Shown: piece after piece, positions 50,411-61,849 of the stretch | How positions within the stretch are numbered: position 1 is the stretch's first letter | Layout: each line of letters starts with the position of its first letter | NCBI RefSeq assembly: GCF_021869535.1 | Contig: NW_026262701.1 | Coordinates: 28,086,001 to 28,150,000, forward strand | Reading direction: 5' to 3' | Length of the DNA stretch: 64,000 nucleotides | Origin: Mytilus californianus | Taxonomy: Eukaryota | The notes under the pieces: model-generated | The model's input: the letters and a program-made list of their open reading frames with translations, nothing else | What the model was told of the DNA's origin: nothing | Databases searched by the model: none | Position numbers and translations under genes: made by a program

Positions 50411-51699
50411 TTTTTTTATATTAAGTTGTTAAAATTTGGCAATAATCGCATATTCTGATTTTAAACTTTGAATAATTTTGTCAAAGAATTTTTTTAAAGC
50501 ATTTTGCAATGAAACTTTTTAATAATTGATGTTTCTAAAATAAATATATATAAGGGAAAGACCTACAAACAGGTATTTAATTTTTTCCGCAGTGACGTAG
50601 CTGGACCTCTGTCCTAGTGAGGCAAACACATTGAGGTTTGCTAGCTATATATATAGTCAAGGTCACAGCTGTAGCTTGGGAGTGGAATATAGTTTAAGGG
50701 CAAACCCCGGCGGCGCAAAAGTTTTCAGAATTTAAGAAAGCAAAACGTCGAATTTAACAAAGATTTGATTGATTAACTGTTGCTTGCTTAACGCCGATTT
50801 AATTAAAATTAAATGTCTTTAAGACGAGAACAAATTATCCAACAGATTGGTTTTGCATAGGTGTTCGACCAGGATGAATCCCATGAATTACGATTGCAAT
50901 TAAGAAAGGATGTTATCCTAAGGCAGACATTTTGCCTTGCAACAGGCTAACTGAATCACTGAAAAAGTTGTTTGAAGGGTTCCTAAACGCACAGAAGGCC
51001 TAACGCTATCATACCAGAGAATAGGATTTAACGTCCCCACTATGACGGTATGCTGCGTATCAATACATCCCGTACAGCCTAATGGATGCTGCTCTTAAGC
51101 ATGGGATTTTTTTTATCTTGGTTGGAGGAGTACATGGATGACCATATTTGTATACCCAGTTACCCTTGTGGTTCATTCAGAACGAAAACAAATCAACAAA
51201 CGAATCCAGTAAGTACGTTCTGTCAGTTGTCCGTCCCGAGTTAAGGGCGGAGAGTTTGGACAGCCACTGGGAAAAAATGAATGTTGGATAGAGGCCTGCA
51301 ACAGATCCACGTACGAACCACTCAAAGAGCTGTTGTTGTTAACGTCTCAATTCTAACTCAAATGTTTGAGTATAGAACACGTACATCCCACATTGTCAAA
51401 TAAACGCCCTTTCGGTATGAGTTTTCTGCTGGATTGGAGAAATCTTGGTGACTGCTTTTCTTAACCCAGTCTAATCTTGGGTTCATTTTTATGCAGAATT
51501 AAATTAATTATCTTAATTAATTTGAAAAAAATTACCAGGTGGTTATAGTCATGAGCTATTACATTTCTTCAGTCATATAAAATTATTAATTTACATAGAG
51601 AATTTTTCAGACATTGTCGTATACATGTAGTTGGATTAATAATTCTAATCTTTACATTTTAAATGCTGTGTTGTTGGGATTGTTTTCTTTCCTTTTTTT

Positions 51700-52010
51700 G
51701 TTCTTCTTTGGGTGAAGATGGGGTTGGGCTGGGCTATGATTGGGCACATTCTGTATGTGTCTGTTACAAGTCAGAAGCCTGTAATTCAGTTGTTGTTGGT
51801 TGCTGTTTGCTTTATTGTTTTTTTCTTTCGTTTATTGTTTTAGCATGAATTTCTTCTTATTTTACATTTTGCCATTCCGGGACCTTTTATAGCTTACTTT
51901 ACGATATGGGGTTAATCATTGTTGAACGGTGACATATAGCTGCTTATTTCAACATCATTTGGTCTCTGGTTGATAGTTGTGTTATTGGCAATCATATAAG
52001 ATCTAATTTT
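51700..52010 (+). repeat. Old PLE-tail-type fragment
   Basis: TGTTACAAGTCAGAAGCCTGTAATTCAGT.. and ..GATAGTTGTGTTATTGGCAATCATA. Confidence 0.5.
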
Positions 52011-52785
52011 TATATAATACACATTAAACCTATTTTTCTCTCATTTCATTGAAGGACCTTATTCAAGCATGTCATTCTTTTAAAAATAAAAAAATTGAAA
52101 ATGTTATACATAAAGTTCAACCATACCACATCTCCTTATGTAAAAAACATTCAAGCATCAAGTTATTTTACAGTTCTTACTTGTTTGGAACAGAGTTTTT
52201 TTTAAGGTAAAATGTGTCCTTTCCTAAAAGTTTGTATCTACGTTGGTCATTTTTATGAAACATATGTGGGCTTATTCGTTTACTCTGTCTTTAAGTAAAT
52301 AATGTGGAGTACAGTAGACAAGTCAATTGATTGGAACTTTTTTTTCATTCAATACTCTCACTCTGGAATACACGTTATACATTTTATTTCATGTTATCCT
52401 ACTCTGTTTCTTCATTCTTGGTAAAAAACAAATGGTAATGCACATGGTCTCAATGGAAACTACGCCACTTCTTAATTTCTTTCTTCACATTGAATGATAT
52501 ATGGGCATGTTAATAATTTACAAATCGGGTGCATGAGTATATATAAAAATTATACAACGATATATGTCAACGATCGAGGAGTAATTGCAGGGTTCATAGC
52601 CATGATGTTTAATACAATCAAAACATGCCAGAAATTCTCACTTCTTTTGTCCAAACTATGAGATGGAAAATTAAGTTGGATTTCACACGATAACTAAACG
52701 ACAATGTAATGTTACATATGTTTGAACCCTGGTAAATTTAAGTTAAACTTTGAAACTTCATATTTTCTTAAACTCTTATAACATG

Positions 52786-52817
52786 TATAAAAAGAGGTCG
52801 TGATACGAAGTTTAGTC
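52786..52817 (+). promoter_or_regulatory. Candidate TATA box plus initiator of SLC10-like gene 2
   Basis: TATAAAA at 52786; TTAGTC with A at 52814 (28 nt downstream); ATG at 52838. Confidence 0.4.
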
Positions 52818-52837
52818 ATTTAAAAAGCTCCCCAAAA

Positions 52838-53488
52838 ATGGAAGCATTGTTATTTATAAGCATCATCATTTGCGCTACGTGTCAGTGTACATCTTCATCA
52901 TGGATAAATACAACAATAACAGATCAAGTACAAGCAGAGAGAAAATACAGTTTAAAAATAAGCCATCCCGGAATTATTGTTCTTTATACAAATGTACGAT
53001 CTCAATCTATGTTAATAAATTATACTTTGTTATGTGAAGAACAGTATACAATTACCTTGAAAGTTGCAGCTAACGACAAGACTTTGGTTGATCTGAGATT
53101 AAAAGATGAAATTATTGAATGTGGTAACAAAAGCTCGGAAATTGAGACGAGAAACAACCCCGTTTCTGATAAATTCAGCTATTATCACGATGGATCAATA
53201 AGACTCTGCATGTCTGGTAAGAGGTTAGGAAGGACCTTTATTTCTTTCAACTTGTATTATTTATCATGAACGGATGAGATTCTGGTCGGAAAGCAGAAGT
53301 TTCCCCTGATTGTTCTTCGTAAAGAAGAACCAGCGTCAGAGATCTTCAAGTATATGATGTATATTGTCATGGTTATTGTCAACTTTGGATTTGGTTGTAA
53401 AACTGATTTGCAGGCAGTTAAAGAAACGTACAGAAGACCTATTGCACCAGTCATCGGAATTTCGTGCCAGCTTTTACTTATGCCAATG
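52838..53488 (+). pseudogene. SLC10: SLC10-like gene 2, exon 1 (in-frame TGA at 53267-53269)
   Basis: Signal peptide MEALLFISIIIC..; GRTFISFNLYYLS* then the same frame continues TDEILV..NFGFGCKTDL..RRPIAPVIGISCQLLLMPM|GT, same splice position as gene 1. Confidence 0.88.
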
Positions 53489-53874
53489 GTAATACAAAAT
53501 TGGTGAATATATAGGGAAAAATAATATAAAACATATGTTAAAGTCATATGAAACTAATTTCTTGTAATTTTAATGTTATCGAAGTTATTGAACCAATGCG
53601 TGTATATATACTAAACTAAGTCCTGTATGCACGTTTTTTTTATATTTATTCCAAATCTATAACGTATCATCGACAAATAATATTTCATTCAGTGGTTGTG
53701 ATCGCAAACTAATCAACTTTCGAGTTTGTTGCCGAAATTTACCGGATCATGACATTGATAAACAATCAACACCGAGCACCTGAAGCACGTGGCAAATAAG
53801 TGAATGATAGAGCAGTGATATATATTTTTCTATATTTTCCATTTGTTAATCAAACCTTTCCTTAACAGTTAAAT

Positions 53875-54665
53875 GGTTTTTGTCTCGCCTGCGACGAAAG
53901 TCGCAGTATGCGAGACTTAGGTATTACTATCCAGCGGCGGCGTAAACTATTTGTATAAAGCTTTACATTTCAGAAGGTAGTAGACCTGGATGCTTCATAC
54001 CTTGTTTGCAGATACCTTATGTTACGAAGTTTCCGTCTGTCATATGTCCATTGTCCTTGACCTCATTTTCATGGTTCAGTGACTGCTTAAAAAAAATAAG
54101 AGTTTTATTGTCATGTAAATTTCTCACTTATTATAAGTAATAGGATAACTATATTTGATATATGGGTTCCTTGCAACGTCTACATGTCCGTCAGACAAAG
54201 TTCACCTGACCTCAACCTCATTTAATGGATCAGTGATCAAGGTTCAAGTTACAAGATTAGGTCCGTTTCTCAGATACTATGAGCAGCAGGTCAACTATAT
54301 TTTGTGTATTGAATGATTGCAAAGGGTACATATGAGTCTGACAGGTTTCATCTGGTCTTTACCTCATTTTCATGGTTCATTGGTCAATGTTACGTTTTTT
54401 TTGTGTGTTTTGTTCTGTTTTTCAATTAGCAAAAGCAATAGGTCAACTATATTTGTTGTATGGAATGATTGTAAGATGTACATGTCTGACTGGCAGGTAT
54501 AATCTTACCTTGACCTCAATTTCATGGTTCATTGATCAATGTTTATAGTTTTTGTGTTTTGGTCTGTTTTTCAATTACCATAAGCAATAAGGTCAACTAT
54601 ATTTGGTATATTGAATAATAACTGTAAGATGTGCACGTCTGTTTGACAGGATTATCTGACCTTTG
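53875..54665. mobile_element. HINE-like element with terminal stem-loop and central ~150-bp tandem repeats, in intron 1 of gene 2
   Basis: GTCTCGC..TGCGAC-GAAA-GTCGCA..GCGAGAC, then (CGG)n. Repeats of GACCTCATTTTCATGGTTCA (54059, ~54360, ~54510) and GGTCAACTATATTT (54289, 54441, 54590). Confidence 0.65.
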
Positions 54666-55473
54666 GATGTTAAAAAAGTAAAGTCTATTGATACTTGTAG
54701 CAAAACCTTTATCTTTAAGACTTTCTACATAAAACCAATGGTCAGCAAAGTAGACGCGACATTTTAGCGTGTGGACTCTTGTTTGTATTAAATTTGTTCT
54801 TTAAGAATCATTTATTACCATTTACCTCCCAGTGCACGTTTGTTTACATTCATTCATCACGGTTTCCCCTCGTAATATGTGCGAATTAGTGTACGGGATG
54901 ACAATAATTCAATATCAGTACATTTATGAAGATTTTGATAATATAAAGAATTTTTTTTTACAAGAAAGTTCACATACACTTGTTTTATAGTAAAACTTAG
55001 ACATTCAAGTATATAAAACATATTCAACTTTTTTAAAATTTAAAATTTCATACATGTCATATGACTTTAAAACAATAAATACCTCACCATGTTTTGAAAA
55101 CCACAATTACATACTACTAGTATTTTAAAGATTAAAGGGCAACTACAAAATGTATTAAAATCACGATGTTACATTGCGTTTCGCTTTGGTAACTGTTGTA
55201 TCTTATGTGATCATCTTATCGGTGCTAGTGTTTTGGTTTTTTTTCTCTCTTTTTTTTTCAAGTCTTAACTCATGTTCAGCGAAATGCAAATGTAACTCTT
55301 CTTTATTATTTTTTTTAGTATTCAATAATTAGTAAAACCGATCAAAATTGCAGTGTTACGTATATGTATACGTACTCTGTAGACAGTTTGGGGGTAGGCT
55401 TACATATTTTGATTGGACATTAATTTTATACAATGATTTGAGTTCGAAATTGGCGATACTTATTTTTTTTCAG

Positions 55474-55648
55474 AATGGTTACGGTATCGCTAAGTTAGTA
55501 ACAACAGGAGAACCTTACATATCACTTGGTATATTCATAGTATCCTGCTGCCCGGGAGGGGGTCTAAGTAACATCTTCAGCTACCTCCTTGGTGGAGATA
55601 TATCATTGTCGGTGTCGTTGACTGTAGTCAGTATCATGCTTTCTTTTG
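55474..55648 (+). pseudogene. SLC10: SLC10-like gene 2, exon 2 (175 nt, open)
   Basis: TTTTCAG|AAT..TTT G|GTATG; NGYGIAKL..CCPGGGLSNIFSYLLGGD; same length and phases as gene 1 exon 2. Confidence 0.92.
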
Positions 55649-56399
55649 GTATGTATTTTGTAATATAATAGCATGAACCGCGCTGAAGTATGTCCATTAT
55701 TCATTATTATTTTTTTTAAATTCAATAATGAATAATGAAATAGTTCATTATTCATTATTCAACGTTTAGTGATGAATAATGGAATAGATCACTTATTATT
55801 TGATTGGGAAATTATCCCATTTTTGATGTCAATTTACAGATTTTCAAATTTATTAGAGAAAAAAGGTTTTTAAACTCTCTTTGATATTTTTTATCTTTAT
55901 TTATTAATTTAGTTTCGGAGGATAATAGCTCGGTATGTACTGTATTCATTTTAGAAAACAAAAACCAGGCCGTTGGTTTTCTCGTTTGAATTATTACATA
56001 TTTTGTCATGTCGAGGCCTTTTATAGCCGACTCGAGATAGTTGACTTACAGTATTGGTTTTGCTCATTGATGATGGCCGTACGATGGCCTATAGTCCCTA
56101 ACCCACACCATTTTAACTTTGTTGGATAGTTGTTTCATTGGCAATTACACCACGTGCACATCTATTTTTTTTTATCCTGGTATGATAGTTCAATTAAAGC
56201 TTGATATGTAGCTGTTCAAAATATTATTGGTATAACTTTTGGTTACTAGTAAAAAGATTGGTAAACTACCCTTTAAACGTATCTTCATTACCTGTTTATG
56301 TTTTATGAATTTAACAGTTTTTTGTGTGCAGTACGTGTCTGTTTGAGAGAGTTTAACTCTATTCTCTTGGTTCTTTGTCGATTGAATTATTTCAAAATG

Positions 56400-57520
56400 G
56401 CTATAGCTTTAAAATGACTTACAATTGACTGTATCATTAGAATGATTGACAAATGACTGTAGCTTTAAAATTCTTTACAAATGACTGTAACCTTAGAATT
56501 ATTTATATGTGACCGTAGCATTAAGATAATTTACAAGTGACTGTAGTATTAATATAATATACATACGAATGTAGCATTAGAATTATTTACAAATGACAAA
56601 AACATTAGAATTATTTAGAAGTAACTGTAACATTATAATGACTGTAGTATTAAAATACTTTACAAATGACTGTAACATTAGAATTATTTAGATGTGACTG
56701 TAGCATTATAATTATTAACAAATGACTACTCTAGCATTAGAATGGTTTACAAATGACTACTCTAGCATTAGAATGGTTTACAAATGACTGTCGCATTATA
56801 TATAGATTCCCCCACTGCATTAAGTGTTTTACGATATTTCTCGAGACAGAGAAATTTTGATATTTAAAGCGCGAGGCTTGCCGAGCTTTTTAAATAATTA
56901 AAATTTAACTGTTGAGAGTGGAGAAATATTTTCATACACGAATAACAGTGGGGGAATCTGTTTTTCTAATGATTTTTATCCTTCCTTTTCGGAGATTTTC
57001 AGAAAGTTGTGGTCTTTATATGCGACGTCATCAGGCATAGTCGCCTTTTTTCATGACGTCACAATAGGAAATTCAGAAGAAACCAAAGAACATTTGACGT
57101 CGTAATTAAATTTCGACCAATCATTTGCCGAGAACAGATATTTCACTAGTGAGGAGAACATTTTTATTTCGCAATCGGTTGGGAAATGTGAAAATAGTGA
57201 AAAATATGGAGAAAATGATTTACAAATATCCGTAGCGCTAGAATAATTTACAAATGACTGTAAGATAAGAATAATTTACAAATGACTGTAACATTAGAAT
57301 ATTTACAACTGACAACAACATTGGAATTATTTGCAAATGACTGTAACATTATTATTATTATTAACAGATTAAATGACTGAAGTATTAGAATTATTTACAA
57401 CTGACAACAGCATTGAAATTATTTACAACTGACAACAGCATTGAAATTATTTACCAATGACTGTAGCATTATTATTATTATTATTTAAAAATGACGGTAT
57501 CGTTAGAATCATTTACAAAT
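56400..57520. repeat. Degenerate 28-bp minisatellite (TTTACAAATGACTGTAACATTAGAATTA), split by an insertion at ~56800-57225
   Basis: Period 28 (57251, 57279). Confidence 0.88.
56800..57225. mobile_element. ~420-bp non-autonomous insertion with an internal 14-bp inverted repeat
   Basis: AGATTCCCCCACTG (56804) / CAGTGGGGGAATCT (56946); CpG-rich relative to the array. Confidence 0.55.
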
Positions 57521-57809
57521 GACTGAGGAATTAGAATGGTCGGCACTTTTTTGTCGATTTAAACACATTATCAGCTATACCAAAACAAGAAGGTATGGTA
57601 TAATTGTGAATAAGGGAACTCTCCACGAAGATCAAATCACAAAAAGGTGTGAACAATTATTGGGTCACTGTACAGCCGCCGACAATTGCTTATACCTCAA
57701 CTATATAATAAGCTATTAAAGGCCCCGGAATAACAAATGGTATTAACAATCAAATTCATATTTGATTCAACATAACGCGAATTTTTACTGAAAAATCAGG
57801 TGAAAGATA

Positions 57810-58390
57810 GGCGAAAGATATTCACACTCATAAGTCGAAAATAAACTGAAAAGACCAACAGACAAACAACAGGACACAAAACGCAACACAACTAAAAACT
57901 GAGCTACAAAAACCCCACCAAAAACTGGGGTTGATCTCAGGTGCTCCGGAAGGGTAGGCAGATGCCGCACCACAATTGACACCCGTCGTGTTGCTAATGT
58001 AAGTACAACCCCGGTGATAAGTCTATTTCGGTAGGTCACATTCGTGGAAAAGGGGACGGGAATGTAGTTACGACAATTGGAACATATCCGTCGTCATCTG
58101 TGAAACAGGTATTCCATAACGGTCAACCAACTCGTGATGGCGTCCGTTAAAATTTACGAAGCGATGATTATGAAAGTAACCATAACTCATACATTATGCA
58201 GAGTAGATTGAATTTAAGGAGAAGAGGGACGAAAGATACCAGAGGGACAGTCAAACTCATAGATCGAAAACAAACTGACAACGTCATGGCCAAAAATAAA
58301 AAGACAAACAGACAAATAATAGTACAGATGACACAACATAGAAAACTAAAGACTAAGCAACACGAACCCCACCAAAAACTGGGGGTGAGG
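57810..58390 (-). mobile_element. PLE 3' end (SSLRKF..HHELVDRYG..SQMTTDMF) plus second tail fragment, in intron 2 of gene 2
   Basis: Reverse complement of 58060-58170 matches 62590-62700. Confidence 0.7.
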
Positions 58391-58504
58391 TGGTCATATG
58401 GAATTCATAAATTTTAACAGATTTCACATAGCCTTAATCATGTAATCATATACTATTAAATAAATCCACTTTTTTCCGATCTCCAAGTTGATTTTTAATT
58501 TCAG

Positions 58505-59079
58505 GAACAATGCCTTTATGGTTATTTACATTGGGCCGGGAATTTTCTACGAGAGCCGAAACAGAAATGCCATATCTGGAAATTGTTACAACATTATTGA
58601 TCCTTCTGATCCCACTCCTGATCGGGGTATTTATACAGTACAAACTAACACGGGTTCACAAGTTCATGTTAAAAATTATTTTACCAATCACGATTGTCTC
58701 ATTTATTCAACTTGCCGTCACTGGACTCTACTCTAATTGGTACGTTTATGAAATGTTCAACGCTAAAATATTCCCATTAAGTGGTAATATAATTTCTGGT
58801 TTGATTTCCTGGATTGCTAGGCTACCCTAGACATGTGTGAAAACTATCGCAATTGAAACAGGTTTGCAAAATACTGGAATTGCAATTTTGGTAATCATGT
58901 TTGCTTTTCCACAACCAGAAGGTCTTATTGCCGTTGTTGTACCATTGGCTACTGGTATAATGACGCAACTTCCACTGATTGCTGTATCGACTCCATACTT
59001 AATATACACAAGGTGTAATGGGAAACGAGATGAACCTGAGTCTGCTAATGAAGAGATCGATATAAACAATTCTAAGTGA
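58505..59079 (+). pseudogene. SLC10: SLC10-like gene 2, exon 3 (TGG->TAG stop at 58828-58830; 6-codon deletion)
   Basis: TTTCAG|GA ACA ATG; RLP*TCVKTIAIETGLQN versus RLPWQRVKTIAIETGMQN in gene 1; KIF------PLSG versus KIVLAGCLLPYFG. Confidence 0.9.
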
Positions 59080-61849
59080 TTGTCTGTGGAATTATTGTAT
59101 ACTTATTTTTTTCTAATAAAGTATAGAACTAGTAGATATGCTGACCCTCGGTTGCTCAGTCTTTATTTTTATGTGTTATTTTGTAGACTGTTTGTCTTTT
59201 CGTATTTTTTTTACTTTTAGACCATAGTGTTGTGTTTTGCATCGACTTATGATTTTTAATTGTCCCCTTGGTATGTCCTGTCTTATATTTCCCTAGTAAA
59301 ACAAATACAAATAATATTTTTTTACTTAAACAAATATTTGATGTCATATGTCTTATTTTTTTACAATGACATTTCCTTCAAAGTTTTCTTTGCCTTTTGT
59401 TTACCGTTTAGTATATGAAATAAGGTCCAGCATGCAACACTATTGTAAAGAATAGCATTGAAAACAAAACTTGTCCCGCTGACTAGTGAATTCGTCTGTC
59501 ATGTTTTCAAGTTCAAAATCCCTTTGTATTTATACTGCCTTCAAAATTATTTCTAAAACTGACCTTGGGGTTATTTTGCAATTGGGGTCAACATCATAAA
59601 TAATACTTTGAACTACATGTCAATGGTCTATATTCGTTTCCTATTCATTAAGTTTGAGTTCTGTTGCTTTCTGATATATGTTTGCTTTGAACTTATATTT
59701 TATAATGAGTTTCTTTGAATAAAAATGTCCTCAACAAAGATTCAGTTAAACACTACAATTATAGCACCAAATTCACAAGGCTATTTGTTCAGTCGAAATA
59801 TTTGTCAATACGATTTTATAACATCTTCTTCATATATTACCATCTTAAATTCAGTATCGTTGCGCAAATCTTCACCTTTATAAATGTATAAAGTGTACAA
59901 AAAAACACCAATATTAAAAAAAGGAAACAGTAAGTACAAGTATCAGAAATAAATATATCGGATAACAGACATTTTTCATCAGTATACTGAAGAAGGATAT
60001 CTGTTATCCTCAATATTTATTATGGTTTTTTTTATATACTGGTCAAAGATTTTGATGAATTAGAGGAAATATTATGGTATAGCAACATCATATTTCATAC
60101 AGAACGTAACCAAGATTTAGCGTGCAATTATATATTATATTATATTGCACTACCACGAATAAAGCTTCAAATTTGTGACGTTAGCCTCAGTGAAAATCAG
60201 TTTTTTTAAAAGTCAATTAAACCTCATATTCACGGACACAAAAGACAGAAACTGTTTTATAAAATTTTCGGAGAAAAAAATTGCATTTAAGGTAGATCCA
60301 TTCTGGTCATGTTGCAAAATACATGTTCGGTTTAAATTTTTTTTATCAAGTTTCATTCAATATTTAACAGAAACATCTGAAACTTAAAGTTTAAAGATTA
60401 AACTATCAAACAATTAAGTGTCGTTAAATGTATTATTTTTTTTTTAAATTCAAGGGCAGATAGTTCTATTGTATCTGATATAACAATTTGTGTTTGTTTT
60501 GAAATTTCAAGAAAACAAGGCTCATGACCCCTATTGTTATTTGATATTTCAAATGTATTCATGAAAAGCAATTCTCTCATATTGAATTTTAACAAATTAT
60601 ATCGTTTAAAGTTTCCTTAATAAAGAGAAATTTATTTTCATCTTTATAACGCATATCAAATAACTGTGATTTCGTAAATTTCAATGTATTTTTCAAAACA
60701 AAAAAAAAATCAAGGTCCGTGACCCCCAGTTTTTAAATTGAAATTGGAAAGTACATTGACCCAGAAGCCTTTTATAGAAGTTTAAGGCAACCTTAATGAC
60801 AATTATTTACCAATACCAAAGGTACGTTTAAAACATTTTACCATATACAAATACATGTAAAAGCACGTGCTGTTAAGTGCGGTGAATATCACTTTTTTCA
60901 GGTGCATTTCTTTTATTTATTCAAAATCCCAATTTATATATAAAAATAAAAATCTATAAAAAAAACTAATGCCAATATGGAATGATATATCGTATTTCAC
61001 TAATGCGAAGAAAGCTTCAAATTAGTGACGTCATCAGTAACAAAAATATGCTGTAAACAGATTTTCAAGCTTTGCTATCACTATTGATGCAATAAATCGA
61101 TCATGGCTATGTATACACTACAAGGGTAATTGCATACAGTTGCATGAATATTGGTAACCATAATTCCTCGTAGAGTACACATTACACTCGCATGCTTGAG
61201 TAGTATAAAAATCTACTCGGGACAATTTCCATCAATATTCATGCAATAACCTCATCATATCGTATTACTTAATCTTACCTTTTATCAGTATCGTAGCACA
61301 GAATTTGTAAAACCAGATGTTAATTGCATTAGAAGAAAACACTTCACGCAGATTGTATTACAAAATTAACTTATTACAGTTCGATGAACATTTGAAATAA
61401 GCCTTAACCGGAACTATCCATGCCATGAGTATGGAAAGTCAAAATATGATTATAACGTGGAGAGCTATGGAGTTTAATGGCCTTCAAAAGGAAGGACCAA
61501 CAACATACAATGTCAACTCGTCTGAGGGAACAGCAACCTGATAAATTGTCTGCTGCATGAACGAATATCTTTTCTTTTAAAATCATTTATTATACCATAG
61601 CGGTAGTTGTGATCAGAATTACTTTCTATAGTGCAATACATCAGGTTCAAAGCTACGGGCATTACATTACTTCGTACCAGTCTAATTTTACGTTGTTGAA
61701 CAATATTCAAAGCGAGATAATTCTAGTGTTATAATCTGTAAGATAATTAAGCTTTGCTTAACATGTGCAAGAATATCCTGCTTCGCATGCAACATCTGTA
61801 AGGGCTGAATTCGATCGATAAGGGGAAAAATTCTAGAAATGAATAATTT

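Noticed and set aside
53267-53269. Selenocysteine or programmed readthrough at the in-frame TGA of SLC10 gene 2
   Set aside because: A second stop (TAG at a conserved Trp) and a TM deletion occur downstream; Sec is not known in SLC10; no SECIS recognised.
37750-58390. PLE tails antisense just upstream of exon 3 in both SLC10 genes as a shared ancestral insertion
   Set aside because: The paralogues are too diverged for neutral intronic repeats to stay recognisable, and this tail family is abundant in the window; coincidence is more likely.
61404-61710. Fibronectin-III-like or other exon (NMIITW..FNG..TTYNV)
   Set aside because: Short, interrupted by stops, no clear splice sites; similarity too weak to support.
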